A stretch of 64,000 bases of DNA from Longimicrobiales bacterium (GTDB lineage Bacteria; Gemmatimonadota; Gemmatimonadetes; Longimicrobiales; Gaopeijiaceae): NCBI GenBank assembly GCA_965226375.1, contig CBDDCX010000008.1:2144001-2208000 (forward strand), read 5' to 3'. Both the position numbers and the translations under genes were made by a program. The notes below the pieces were generated by a model. The model had not been told where the DNA came from. It ran no database searches and saw only the letters and a program-made list of their open reading frames with translations. Below, piece after piece: positions 41,316-52,049 of the stretch (position 1 is the stretch's first letter; each line of letters starts with the position of its first letter).

Positions 41316-42993
41316 ATGAATGGAGGCGAGGCGCTCGTCGCCCTCCTCGAGCAATTGCACGTAGAGGTCGTCTTCGGCCTGTGCGGTGACACCTCGCTCC
41401 CGTGGTACGAAGCCCTGGCCGACGCCAAGGACCAGGTCCCGACACGTCCTGACCCGAGACGAGCGCAGCGCCTCCTACATGGCCGACGCATACGCCCGTC
41501 TCAGCGGACGGGTCGGCGTGTGCGAAGGTCCTAGCGGGGGCGGCGCTACGTACATCCTCCCGGGTGTCGCCGAGACCAACGACTCCTCCGTGCCTCTCGT
41601 GTGTCTTACGTCCGACATCGCGACGATCGACAGGGGCAAGGGCACCCTAACGGAAATGGACCAGCAGGCACTCTTCTCCTCGGTCACGAAACGCACCTTC
41701 GCACCGACCCGTAGCGGGGAGCTCCCCGGGATGATCCGTGACGCGTTCCGCGAAGCCACGACCGGAAGCTTGGGGGCCTGTCAAATCAGCCTGCCCATGG
41801 ACATCCAGGTCGGCTCCGTCGTTTCAAGCGAGGTCCACGCCGATCCCGTCACAGCCCGGTACCCCTCGCAGAGGCTCGCCCCCGACCCCGACGCCGTGAA
41901 GCGGGCGGGTCGGTTCCTGGCCGACAGCCGCAGACCCCTTCTGGTGGCAGGCACCGGGGTGCTCCGTTCGGGTGCCTGGGAAGAGGTCACCGCGCTGGCC
42001 AGGGCCCTCGGTGCCCCGCTCGCCACCTCCATCTGCGGCAAGGGCGCCATCGCCGAGACCGACCCTCTGTCCCTCGGCGTGATCGGCAGCAATGGGGGTC
42101 TTCCGTACCGTCATGACCTGGTCCGGAAGGCCGATGTGATCTTCTATCTCGGGTGCGGACTCGGATCGGTGACCACCGAGAAGTGGACACTTCCGACCCC
42201 GGGACAGGCTACGATCCTGCAGCTCGACACCAATCCCGAAATCGTGGGACGGAGCTATCCGGTGGCCGCCTTCGTCCACTCCGACGCCAAGTCGGGAGTG
42301 GACGCGCTACTCGAGGAGCTCGGCGGGCCGGGCGAAGGCGACCGGGTCGATCCCCGGGAAATCGCGGAAGGGCGCGCCGTGCATCAGGCGCAGGTGGCAG
42401 AGCTGTTCGCTTCGGGGGCCACTCCCGTGCGGCCCGAACGCATGTTCGCCGAGCTCTTCGACGCGCTACCCGAGGATGCCGTCCTGATCGCCGATCCGGG
42501 TACACCGTGCCCTTACTTGTCCGCCTACTGGGAGTTACCGCGCGCCGGTCGCTGGTTCGTGAGCCCGAGGGCGTTCGGTGCGCTTGGCTACGCCCTGCCG
42601 GGAGTGGTCGGGGCCTACTTCGCCAAGCCCGACGCTGGGCGTGTGGTTGGGGTGATGGGGGACGGGAGCTTCGGTATCTCGGCCGGTGAGTTGGAGACGA
42701 TCGTCCGGCTCGACGTCCCGGTAACCCTCATCGTCTGCAACAACGCCGGCTACGGCTGGATCAAGGCCGGACAGAAGAGCCGAGGCTCCACGTTCCACTC
42801 GGTGGATTTCCGCCAGTCGGACCATGCGGCCATCGCCCGTGCCTATGGCATGTCCGCCCTGCGCGTGGAGGATCCGACGGACCTCGGCGGGGCCATGCGT
42901 GAGGCTCTCACGGCGCCGGGACCGTTCCTCTTGGACGTGGTCATGCAGCCTCTGGAAGAAGCCAACGCACCGGTGTCCAAGTGGATCGCATAG
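41316..42993 (+). CDS. ThDP-dependent enzyme (acetolactate synthase large subunit-like), frameshift near 41437
   Basis: MNGGEAL..VFGLCG; RDERSASYMADAYAR; GDGSF...NN ThDP motif. Confidence 0.88.
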
Positions 42994-44693
42994 AGCCCGA
43001 GGCGACCTTCACTCGCTGGATGGACGCGTTCTTTTCGTCGTACTACAACCGACGCCCGGTCAACGCGACCTTCATTGGGATCCACGACTGGGACCACGCC
43101 CTTCCGGACTACTCCGAGGAGGGTGCCGGGGACACCCAAGCGGACCTCGAAAACCTGTTGGCTCGATCCGTTCGGCTCGACCTGGATGCACTCTCCCCTC
43201 ACGAGCGAATCGACCTCCGGTTGGCCCGCGGCTTTCTCGAAACCCAGATCTGGGAAATGCGATCGTCGCACTTCCATAGGGGGAACCCCAGCCTCTACAG
43301 CGGCGAGGCCGTGTTCTCCATCCTCTCGCTCTTCCTGACGGATTTTGCCCCTGTATCCGAACGGGTCGCGGCGGCTACGGAGCGCATGGAGGCCATCGAG
43401 GGCTTTCTGGATCAGGCGAAGACAAACGTGACGCAAGCGCCGCTGGCCTGGACCGAGAAGGCCGTTGTCGAGTGCGCGGGTGCCCTCGCCTTCCTGACCG
43501 AGGGCGTCGAGGCGTTGTGCGCCATGGGGCCCATCGAGACCCCGAGCTTTGCTGCGGCGGCAGAGAAGGCAGCGAAAGCATTCCGGGAATTCCGATCCCA
43601 TCTCGACACCGAGTTACGTCACAGCGCCATGGACCAGTATGCGTGCGGCGAGGAGGCCCTGGACTTGTATATGCGGGAGGGGCACTTCCTGGACCTCGAT
43701 CCGGACGAGCTCGTCGAGTATGCGGAGTCAGAGATCGTCGGGGCGACGGCCTACCTGGAGGAGCACGCATCAGACTTCGGCGCGACCACGACCGGAGAGG
43801 CACTCGCGCAGCTGAGCGACCTCCACCCCAGCACCGAGCAGTACTACTCGCGCTACCAGGAGGTATGGAATGAAATCCGAGCGCGGGCAGAGAAGCACGC
43901 GCTGGTGACCTGGCCCGAGTTCCCGATCCGTTACGTACCTCGACCGATCTGGTCGCGGGAAGCGGCCCCCCATCTCTACTTTCTTTACTACCGCTCGCCG
44001 GCAGCCTTCAACCGTCCCCTGACTCACGACTACCTCGTGCTCCCCATCGACGAGGCCATGTCTCCCGACGAGCAGGAGCGACGGCTACGGGCGACAAACG
44101 ACAGCGTCATCAAGTCCAACCACGTGATCCACCACGGAAGCATAGGCCACCACGTGCAGAACTGGCACGCATCTCGTGCCGAGTCACGTATCGGCCAGAT
44201 CGCCGCCGTAGATTGCTCGACCCGCATCGCCATGTTCTGTGGCGGCACTATGGCGGAAGGATGGGCGACCTACGCGACCGACCTGATCGCTGAGTTCGGA
44301 GGACTCACTCCGCTCGAGGAGTACGCGCAGCACCAAGGGCGGGCGCGCATGTGTGCCCGTGCAGTGGTCGACATTCGAATGCACCAGGGCCGCATCAGCC
44401 TGGACGAAGGCGCGGAGTACTACGAGCGTCGTGCGCTGATGAGCCCAGCGGGTGCCAGGTCAGAAGCCGTGAAGAACAGCATGTTCCCGGGAGCCGCCAT
44501 CATGTACCTGACGGGTAATGACGCCATCCACGAGCTCAGAAGTGAGATGAGCCGTCGCAAGGGTGGGGCCTTCGACCTTCGGGCCTTTCATGACGAGTTC
44601 CTTTCGTACGGCTCGATCCCCGTCTCCCTGATCAGCGCCGACATGAGGGCGAAGGCCGACAGCGCCGAGCGACTGGAGCAGGAGAAGCCGTGA
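42981..44693 (+). CDS. DUF885 family protein
   Basis: P..AT..G.H; HHGSIGHHVQ; EGWATY; FHDEFLSYG motifs. Confidence 0.82.
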   Translation: MDRIEPEATFTRWMDAFFSSYYNRRPVNATFIGIHDWDHALPDYSEEGAGDTQADLENLLARSVRLDLDALSPHERIDLRLARGFLETQIWEMRSSHFHRGNPSLYSGEAVFSILSLFLTDFAPVSERVAAATERMEAIEGFLDQAKTNVTQAPLAWTEKAVVECAGALAFLTEGVEALCAMGPIETPSFAAAAEKAAKAFREFRSHLDTELRHSAMDQYACGEEALDLYMREGHFLDLDPDELVEYAESEIVGATAYLEEHASDFGATTTGEALAQLSDLHPSTEQYYSRYQEVWNEIRARAEKHALVTWPEFPIRYVPRPIWSREAAPHLYFLYYRSPAAFNRPLTHDYLVLPIDEAMSPDEQERRLRATNDSVIKSNHVIHHGSIGHHVQNWHASRAESRIGQIAAVDCSTRIAMFCGGTMAEGWATYATDLIAEFGGLTPLEEYAQHQGRARMCARAVVDIRMHQGRISLDEGAEYYERRALMSPAGARSEAVKNSMFPGAAIMYLTGNDAIHELRSEMSRRKGGAFDLRAFHDEFLSYGSIPVSLISADMRAKADSAERLEQEKP

Positions 44694-44694
44694 G

Positions 44695-44775
44695 TGACAG
44701 CGTCGGAAGCCACGCTGAGAGTGTAGAAGCCGTGATGAGAGCGTGGGAAACCATCCGTGAGAGTGTGAGAACCCC
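44695..44775 (+). repeat. Four degenerate ~20-22 nt tandem repeats
   Basis: TGACAGCGTCGGAAGCC / TGAGAGTGTAGAAGCC / TGAGAGCGTGGGAAACC / TGAGAGTGTGAGAACCC. Confidence 0.55.
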
Positions 44776-45978
44776 ATGAGTGAAAAGCTGCGTGTCGCCG
44801 TGATCGGCGCCGGCCGGTGGTCGACGATGTCTCACCTTCCGGGGTTCCAACGCTCCCCCCTCTGCGACCTCGTTACGATCTGCGACCTGGACCGAGAGGT
44901 CGCCGAGGCCAGAGCGAAGGAGTTCGAGGCCCAAGACGTCGAGACCGACTACCAAAAGGTTCTGGCCAGAAGCGACATCGACGTCGTCGACATCGTCACC
45001 CGAGGCGACCACGAGGACCTGGTGTTCGAGGTGCTCGAGGCGGGCAAGCACTGCCTGGTGGAGAAACCCGTCTGTCACCGTTACCAGGACGTGTGGAGAG
45101 CGCACGAGATCGCCGAGTCGAAGGGCCTGAAGACCAAAGTCGGGCTGACGTTTCGATTCGCTCCGTCCATGCTCTACATGTTCGACCTCATTCGCGAGGG
45201 GTTCATCGGCCGGCCCTTCATCTTCAACGGATACGAGCAGAACTCGCAGTGGCTGGACCCCGACAATCCCATCGATAAGCGCATCCACAAGACCAAGCCC
45301 GTCGGTGAGCCGCTATCGGGACAAGACCCGACCCGGGAGGGGATCACGGTGTCGTCGCTCGAGGGATACGGTGCTCCGATCATCGACATCGGCCTGGAGT
45401 GTATCGGAAGCGACCTGACCCGCGTGAGCGGGATCCTGTCGAACATGGTCCCTGAACGGCGCCGGACCAACCTCGACACGGAGCGTGAGCGCATCAACGT
45501 CGACGACGCCGATATGTTCATGGCCGAGGCGGAGAACGGCTCTCTCTTCTCGATTCAATCCAGTTACGTGACCGTGGGCAACTACCCGGGGAGCGAGGCC
45601 AGAGTCTACGGATCGGAAGGAGCCATTCACGTGCGTCTCGTAGAGGAGTTCGGGGTGATCGAGACGATTCACACCGCGAAGCCCGACGCGGTGGAGTTCG
45701 TCCAACAGGAGATTCCCGAGCGATACTTCCCCCCCGGCCGACAGGCCGATGACTGGTGGGGGACTGCCTTCTACGGGAACCTGGTCCATAGTTTTCTCGA
45801 GGAGATCGTGGACCCGAGCAAGGAGAACACGGCAAACTTCGCCCAGAGTGCTCGGGTTCAGGAGATCATCAACGCCGTGGAGCTGTCCCATCGCACCCGG
45901 CAATGGGTGGACCTGCCTTTGGAGGGAGCGGCGGCAGCTTCGGCGCAGGATCAGGGGGGACCGGCGCTCAGCGGGTGA
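44776..45978 (+). CDS. Gfo/Idh/MocA family oxidoreductase
   Basis: VAVIGAG Rossmann start; GKHCLVEKP motif. Confidence 0.9.
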   Translation: MSEKLRVAVIGAGRWSTMSHLPGFQRSPLCDLVTICDLDREVAEARAKEFEAQDVETDYQKVLARSDIDVVDIVTRGDHEDLVFEVLEAGKHCLVEKPVCHRYQDVWRAHEIAESKGLKTKVGLTFRFAPSMLYMFDLIREGFIGRPFIFNGYEQNSQWLDPDNPIDKRIHKTKPVGEPLSGQDPTREGITVSSLEGYGAPIIDIGLECIGSDLTRVSGILSNMVPERRRTNLDTERERINVDDADMFMAEAENGSLFSIQSSYVTVGNYPGSEARVYGSEGAIHVRLVEEFGVIETIHTAKPDAVEFVQQEIPERYFPPGRQADDWWGTAFYGNLVHSFLEEIVDPSKENTANFAQSARVQEIINAVELSHRTRQWVDLPLEGAAAASAQDQGGPALSG

Positions 45979-46798
45979 CCTCGAGCGCGGTACCGACAAA
46001 GTCTTGAACGACCTGCATCACCCCATCAGGGTTGTGCCGCAGGACCCCGTGTCCGGCCTCGGGATAAACCTTCAAGATCGAGCCGCCGATTCCCTGGGCA
46101 ATCCTTTCGGCCTGACTCGGCGGGCACTGAAGATCCCTTCCGCCAGCCAGGATCAGCGTCGGGATTCTTATCTCACCGAGTCGTGGGAGCGTGTCGAACT
46201 CCTCCAGTCGACGCATGATCTCGCCGTACGCATAAGGGTTGTGATCCGTGGTTTGGCGGGACTGCTCCCAGGCTCCCGCCGGATCGGGATTACCCTCGAG
46301 GGTCGAGCGGAGCACGAAGTAGTCGCGCAGCGCATCCCACGACGGCCTACTTACGAGCCGGGCAAACTCGGGGCTCGCCCTAGCCGCAGGATAGAGACTC
46401 GTAGGGTCGTCCTTGTAGTGATGGCTCGGAGCCGTAGAGTCGAGGATCAGGGAAGTGAGGGTGTCGGGATATCCCAGGGCGTAGATCAGCCCGACGAACC
46501 CACCCATGGAGGTGCCCCAAAAGGTCCACCGATCAAACCCGAGCCCGGTGCGGACCGCGTCCAGGTCCTCCGCTAGGCGCCAGAACCCGTAGTCCTCGCG
46601 GTCTCGCACCGGCGAGCTTTCCCCGAACCCACGGGGCCATACGACGATGTTCGTGAACCCGGGTATCGCGGGACGATCCACCTTGCGTGTGCCGTAAGGG
46701 TGCGCCGTCGCGATGGGAGGGCCATCGCCGGCTATCCGATACGCGAGCTCACCTCCAACCACCGGAGCCTTACCGCGTCGGGTCGGAATCGTATCGAT
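45968..46798 (-). CDS. Alpha/beta hydrolase (start uncertain)
   Basis: RGFGES, GTSMGG, PTLILAGGRD and AGHG motifs; GAGGAG RBS precedes ATC at 46798. Confidence 0.82.
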   Translation of the reverse strand: MDTIPTRRGKAPVVGGELAYRIAGDGPPIATAHPYGTRKVDRPAIPGFTNIVVWPRGFGESSPVRDREDYGFWRLAEDLDAVRTGLGFDRWTFWGTSMGGFVGLIYALGYPDTLTSLILDSTAPSHHYKDDPTSLYPAARASPEFARLVSRPSWDALRDYFVLRSTLEGNPDPAGAWEQSRQTTDHNPYAYGEIMRRLEEFDTLPRLGEIRIPTLILAGGRDLQCPPSQAERIAQGIGGSILKVYPEAGHGVLRHNPDGVMQVVQDFVGTALEVTR

Positions 46799-46812
46799 GT
46801 CGGGCTCCTCAA

Positions 46813-47265
46813 CTAATGCAACAGCAGGTCCCGCGCCTCTTCTTCGGTGAACACGAAGGGCTCCAGGAAAGAGCGCAGATCCTCCGGCAGAGGCTTGGGC
46901 TTCATGGTCGCCCGGTCCGTGGCGCACAACACCTGGTGGCCCGTCGCGGCCAACTGATTCGCGCCAAGATGCAGCACGTCGAAGTTCAGGCGGAGCGAGC
47001 TATTCCCGAACTTGGTCACGTAGGCCGACACCCGAAGTTGATCGTCCAGTCGAGCCGGATACTTGAAGTCGCACTCGAGATGGACACGGGGGAGCCACAC
47101 GTCGAAGCGGTCGAATACCTCCCCGTAGGAGAGGCCCGCGGAGCGAAACATCTCCGTCTCGGCGATCTCGAAGAACCTCACATATGCACCGTAGAAGATG
47201 ATGCCGGCGTGGTCCACGTCGGACCAACGCACGTACTCGTCTACCGTAAAAAGTTTGGTGGTCAT
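46813..47265 (-). CDS. Acyl-CoA thioesterase (YbgC/4HBT hot-dog fold)
   Basis: VRWSDVDHAGIIFY..Y..FFE motif. Confidence 0.9.
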   Translation of the reverse strand: MTTKLFTVDEYVRWSDVDHAGIIFYGAYVRFFEIAETEMFRSAGLSYGEVFDRFDVWLPRVHLECDFKYPARLDDQLRVSAYVTKFGNSSLRLNFDVLHLGANQLAATGHQVLCATDRATMKPKPLPEDLRSFLEPFVFTEEEARDLLLH

Positions 47266-47352
47266 GCGGGAACCTAGGGGGCTCCGGCCCATCTGGAAGA
47301 ACCGGCGAATCCCTTGCTAGCCCGGAAGTGCCGACCTACGCTGGCTCTCATC

Positions 47353-48360
47353 ATGCTCGATCCGACTTCCGAAGTCCCCGTTATCGATGTCAGTCCCCTC
47401 CTCGCCCGTGCGGGCGATCAACAGGCCGTGGCCGCCGCCATCGGGCAGGCCTGCAGGGAGAGTGGGTTCTTCTACGCGGTCGAGCACGGCGTCGCGGAAG
47501 GTCTCCAACGGCGACTCGAAGAGATCAGTCACGCGTTCTTCGCCCAGGACCTCGACCGGAAGTTGAAGATCCGCATGGCCCTCGGGGGAAAGGCGTGGCG
47601 GAGGTACTTCCCGGTTGGTGACGAATTGACTTCCGGCAAACCCGACGTAAAAGAGGGGCTGTACTTCGGAGCCGAGCTGAGTGAAAGCGACCCGAGAGTA
47701 AGAGCCGGCGTCCCCCTGCATGGCCCGAACCTCTTCCCCGCCGAGATTCCGGGCTTCGGCGACACCATCCTGGAGTACATGGCGGCCCTTACGGAGCTCG
47801 GCCATGCCCTCATGCGAGGCGTGGCTCTCAGTCTGAACCTGGAGCCGGGTTACTTCCGCGACGGTTACATGGCCGATCCTCTGACGCTCTTCCGCATCTT
47901 CCACTATCCCACCGTCACGGTCGAGCCGGAGGCCGACGAGCAGTGGGGCGTAGGCGAACACACGGACTACGGCGTCCTGACCATTCTCCGGCAGGACGAC
48001 GTGGGTGGGCTCCAGGTCAAGACGGACCGGCGGTGGGTCGACGCACCTCCTGTGCCCGACGCTTTCGTGTGCAATATCGGGGACATGCTGGACCGTCTCA
48101 CCCGCGGGGTATATCGGTCCAACCCCCACCGCGTGCTGAACACTTCCGGGCGAAGCCGGCTATCGTTTCCCTTCTTCTTCGATCCGGGATTCGATGCACA
48201 CGTGGAGCCCGTCGACCTGAGTGGCGTGCCGATTCCGGGTGACGACAGAGATGCACGTTGGGACCGTGCCAGCGTGCACGAGTTCGAAGGCACCTATGGG
48301 GACTACGTGCTGAGCAAGGTGTCGAAGGTGTTCCCGGAGCTTCGGCGGGACGTGATGTAG
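47353..48360 (+). CDS. 2-oxoglutarate/Fe(II) dioxygenase (IPNS family)
   Basis: GFFY, HTD...H triad, NIGDML and RLS motifs. Confidence 0.92.
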   Translation: MLDPTSEVPVIDVSPLLARAGDQQAVAAAIGQACRESGFFYAVEHGVAEGLQRRLEEISHAFFAQDLDRKLKIRMALGGKAWRRYFPVGDELTSGKPDVKEGLYFGAELSESDPRVRAGVPLHGPNLFPAEIPGFGDTILEYMAALTELGHALMRGVALSLNLEPGYFRDGYMADPLTLFRIFHYPTVTVEPEADEQWGVGEHTDYGVLTILRQDDVGGLQVKTDRRWVDAPPVPDAFVCNIGDMLDRLTRGVYRSNPHRVLNTSGRSRLSFPFFFDPGFDAHVEPVDLSGVPIPGDDRDARWDRASVHEFEGTYGDYVLSKVSKVFPELRRDVM

Positions 48361-48361
48361 C

Positions 48362-48500
48362 AAAGGGCCCCGCATTCGCGGGGCCCCACGTGAGCCGAGT
48401 GGGCTTCAGCCCCCGCCCACGGAGCTCACCGCCGGGAGCCCAGGGCGGAAGATTCGCGTAATCTTGGGTAGCCCCAGCCCTGGTTAGCCGGTTCCTCCAG
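48362..48500 (-). ncRNA. Candidate structured intergenic RNA ending in a terminator-like hairpin
   Basis: Almost fully paired nested helices between convergent genes (see findings); family not recognised. Confidence 0.4.
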
Positions 48501-49667
48501 TTACTTCACGTCGACCCTACCGTCTCGCGCCACCGGCGTGTCCGAGATCGGGATCTCGAAGAGCCGGCACTCGATCGGTCCGTTGTGGATGATGTGGCGC
48601 CTAGCGGGCTTCAGCCCAATGCGCTTTCCCAGCTTCGGCGTAGTGAGGACGAATCCGGTCCAGCCCAGGAAGCGCCGCCTCAGAACGTTGCCGAGTTCTC
48701 CGTAGAGCGGCGCGAGATCGCCCTCGCGCTCCAGGCGCTCACCGTAGGGGGGGTTCGCGATGAACACGCCGGTGTCTTCGGTGGCCGGTGCCGTGTCCGC
48801 CAGGGCGTGCTGGCCCACCTCGACGTCGAGTCCGGCCGCCCGAATGTTGGCCTGGGCTCGGGCGACCACACGACCATCGATGTCTGCCCCGCGCACGGAT
48901 GGAGCCTCGGACGGCGTGCGCGCACGCGCCTCGGCCACGATCCGATTCCAGAGGTCAGAGTCGTGACCCCTCCAGCCCTGAAAGCCCCACCGAGTTCGGC
49001 GTAGGCCCGGAGCTCTGCCGAGCGCCATCGCAGCCGCTTCGGTGAGAAGAGTGCCAGACCCACACATCGGGTCGTAGAGAGGTTCACCCCGGGCGGCCCG
49101 CTCGGGCCAGCGGGCCAACATCAACAGGGCTGCGGCCAAGGTCTCCTTGAGATTCGCTGGGCCACTCTCCACCCGAGTTTCACGGATGTGGAGCGGGGTG
49201 CCACTCAGGTCGATCGACACCGCGGCCTGGTTGTCGGAGAGGTGGACGTTTACCCGAACGTCGGGTGACTTCAGATCGACATCCGGACGGGCACCGGTGG
49301 TATCACGAACGCTGTCGACAATGGCGTCCTTGGTACGAAGCGCCCCGAACTTGCTGTTGCGGATCGAGTCGGAGACCCCGACGAAATCGACCATGAGCGT
49401 GCCGTCGGGGCCGATGTGGTCCGTCCAACGGATCGTGCGCAGCCCCTCGTACAGATCGTCGGCATGTCGGCACTCGAATCGCTCTAAGCGACTCAGGACG
49501 CGGCTAGCGGTCCGCGACCACATGCACGCGCGATATCCGGCCTCCAGCTCCCCCTCGAAGAGAACCGCCCCGGGATCCTGGCGGACTTGGTTCAGGCCGA
49601 GGGAGGTCAGCTCCTCGGCCAGCACGCCCTCGGCCCCGCGAGTGACTGGAGCCACGAATGTGGTCAT
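48501..49667 (-). CDS. THUMP-domain rRNA m2G methyltransferase (RlmL-like)
   Basis: SRTASRV, LKETLAAA, DPMCGSGT and NPPYGER motifs. Confidence 0.88.
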   Translation of the reverse strand: MTTFVAPVTRGAEGVLAEELTSLGLNQVRQDPGAVLFEGELEAGYRACMWSRTASRVLSRLERFECRHADDLYEGLRTIRWTDHIGPDGTLMVDFVGVSDSIRNSKFGALRTKDAIVDSVRDTTGARPDVDLKSPDVRVNVHLSDNQAAVSIDLSGTPLHIRETRVESGPANLKETLAAALLMLARWPERAARGEPLYDPMCGSGTLLTEAAAMALGRAPGLRRTRWGFQGWRGHDSDLWNRIVAEARARTPSEAPSVRGADIDGRVVARAQANIRAAGLDVEVGQHALADTAPATEDTGVFIANPPYGERLEREGDLAPLYGELGNVLRRRFLGWTGFVLTTPKLGKRIGLKPARRHIIHNGPIECRLFEIPISDTPVARDGRVDVK

Positions 49668-49772
49668 GAAAAGGTCTCGGTTGGGGTCCCACCACACCGT
49701 AGCTCACGATACGAGAACGGGAAAGACCTCCATACCGTTACCGCTCTTGATCAGGCCGAAGCTCCTCTATGA

Positions 49773-51710
49773 TCATGATCCAGGCGAGTACCAAATGGGC
49801 GACGTGTAGGCGCGCTCCTGACCGATGAGCTCGGCCCCTTCCGGGAGCTCGGCACCGAGGCGGACACGGTCGTAGACGACCCAGCGGGGGGTCGGAATCT
49901 CAAGCACGCGCACGTAGTAGCAGGAGGACTGATCCGGGTCGAACTCGGGGTCGGTCCAGACCGTTGCGAGCTCCGAATCCCCGATCGTGTTGGTCCAGGT
50001 GGCGGCCTCGAGGTCAACGGTGTTACCCACGGCGGGCAGCTTGCCGTCGGCGCCGGGTTGGCGGTCTCCCGACCACGCGATGTCGTAGACCATTTCGTGG
50101 GTCTCGCCAGCGTCATCCATCCAACCCTTGATGATCTGGACGCGGTCGAGGTTGGCTCCGATGGGGTCCTTCAGCACCGCTACGAGGAACGTGGGCGCCT
50201 GGCCGCTGGGTGCGTTCGACAGCTCACCTCCCATGGGCACACCCTTTTCGTAGCCTCGGAATGCGGGCGCGTGACTGCGGAGGTCATCTTCGGTGAACTC
50301 CCAGCCACCGAAGAAACGCACCAACATTCTCGGCCCGGTGGTGGCATAGGTCTCCTTGCGCATCATCGCGTCGAAGAGCGCCTCTCGCGTGTTCTCTCTC
50401 GCCCACACTCCCTGGTAGCCGGATGCGACGAGCATGTCGCCGTCCCACGTGGCGAGGTCCGATGAGGCAAAGGGGTGCTCCACCCGCGTTGCGGACGGCT
50501 CCGTGCTTGTGGATTTCCCGAAGAAGTTCTCCTCCTCAGCGGTCGCCAGGGACGTATGAGCGTCGGTGGCACCCACCATGCCGAACTTGTACGGGTTCGT
50601 CCCCAGTCGTTCCTCGAGCACCAGGCCCAGTTTCAATGCCTCGCGCGCGTACTCACGCTGCAGCATGTCGGGTGTCATCAGCACCGTGAGATCGAGATTA
50701 CCCTTGTCCCAGGTTTCGTAGTCGGCAAACTCGTCGGTGGGCGACAGGGCCGGGTGCGCCTCGCCGTCACCCTTGATCTGGGTCACCTCGTAGAGCGGCT
50801 CCCACTTCGCGCGCAACAGGACGTAGTTTTCATCGACCGTACCACCCGAATAGGTCCCCTCGGTGGGGAACATCCAGCCGTTGGAAAGATTTCCGTTGTG
50901 CGCCAACGCGAGTGCCCGGCCGCCGGTCTTGGTCTCGTAGTTCTCCAACCACTGATAGAGGTCCAGCGGGTCTGTGCTACCCAGCGGTGCTTGGGTCGTC
51001 ATCGGGATCACCTGGCTCGCGCGATCTCTGCCGTCGCGAAGGATCACGTTGCGGTGCAGGTTGTTGCCCAGGGGAATCGACGTCCATTCGAAGCCGATCA
51101 AGGCCGTGAACACCCCGGGTTCGTTGAAGCTCTCGGCCGTCTTCGTGATGTCATCCCAGACCCGGCTGTAGACGGTCGAGCCGGGGGCGTAGTCCTTCGC
51201 GAGATTCTCGGGGAATATGCCCTGTGTGAAATGAGTGATCAGATCGAACGCGGCTCGGCCCGCAGCGTCGCCACCCGCCTTGAAGCCCTCGTACCATTCT
51301 CGGCCCTTCGGGTCCGCCAGAATGTTTGGTGCACCACCCTGCAGGTCGGTCGCAAAGCCCATCATGTCGGAGTGATCCGTGATCACCAGCCAGTCGAGCG
51401 GTCGGCTCAACTTGGCCGGCAGTCCGGCTGCCGAGGCGACTTGCTCGCCACGGGCGAAGCGGTAGGCCGTCTCGTGGCCGGTCGTGTTGCCGAACAAGCC
51501 GGCATCGAGCGACAAGCCGGTGTGCAGATGCGTGTCTCCCCAGAACACCCGACTGGGGAAGGAACGGTCCGCGTAAGGCGAATAGGCGGCACCGGGATAC
51601 AGCCCTCCAAGAACCTCGGCTGGAGGGTGTCCGGCGTCTTGAGCCAGCACCGTATCCGCCATGACGACTGACGAGGCAATGAGAAGGGCAACGACGACGA
51701 TCCGCTTCAT
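49773..51710 (-). CDS. DUF3604 family secreted PHP-like protein
   Basis: [26 protein letters not shown] and [11 protein letters not shown] motifs. Confidence 0.9.
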   Translation of the reverse strand: MKRIVVVALLIASSVVMADTVLAQDAGHPPAEVLGGLYPGAAYSPYADRSFPSRVFWGDTHLHTGLSLDAGLFGNTTGHETAYRFARGEQVASAAGLPAKLSRPLDWLVITDHSDMMGFATDLQGGAPNILADPKGREWYEGFKAGGDAAGRAAFDLITHFTQGIFPENLAKDYAPGSTVYSRVWDDITKTAESFNEPGVFTALIGFEWTSIPLGNNLHRNVILRDGRDRASQVIPMTTQAPLGSTDPLDLYQWLENYETKTGGRALALAHNGNLSNGWMFPTEGTYSGGTVDENYVLLRAKWEPLYEVTQIKGDGEAHPALSPTDEFADYETWDKGNLDLTVLMTPDMLQREYAREALKLGLVLEERLGTNPYKFGMVGATDAHTSLATAEEENFFGKSTSTEPSATRVEHPFASSDLATWDGDMLVASGYQGVWARENTREALFDAMMRKETYATTGPRMLVRFFGGWEFTEDDLRSHAPAFRGYEKGVPMGGELSNAPSGQAPTFLVAVLKDPIGANLDRVQIIKGWMDDAGETHEMVYDIAWSGDRQPGADGKLPAVGNTVDLEAATWTNTIGDSELATVWTDPEFDPDQSSCYYVRVLEIPTPRWVVYDRVRLGAELPEGAELIGQERAYTSPIWYSPGS

Positions 51711-52049
51711 GATGGACTCCCTATACGCCCTGAGTTCGAGCCCGAGTTGTGTGGCTCCGTTTCAGTATGGGAGAGAACGCTCAAGGTCGATATGGGACCA
51801 AGGTCCCATAGCCCCCTTTCCGCCTCCGCCCCCACGAATTCTCCGCCACGAAATCCAGGCCCGCGCTGTCACCCGCGAGCGATTCGGGGCAGTCGCCACC
51901 TCGACGGTGAGGTCATGGTAGACATCCATGGCCATACGACTTTGGTCTAATTGCAGAGTGAGACACACCATCCAAACTTGATTCACACCGAATCTCGGCG
52001 GGCCATCACGCGCCGTCCCCGTGGCAACCGATCGACATGAAGGGTTGAT

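Noticed and set aside
44695..44775. CRISPR array
   Set aside because: Repeats are short, degenerate and abutting, with no spacers or cas genes.
3910..48360. Beta-lactam biosynthesis (epimerase-like, IPNS-like and beta-lactamase-like genes)
   Set aside because: Genes are scattered members of broad families, and no ACV synthetase is present.
48390..48460. Possible tRNA-Sec (GGGC-TTCA-GCCC loop)
   Set aside because: TTCA is a tetraloop, not a 7-nt anticodon loop; no T-arm GTTCGA or acceptor stem/CCA.
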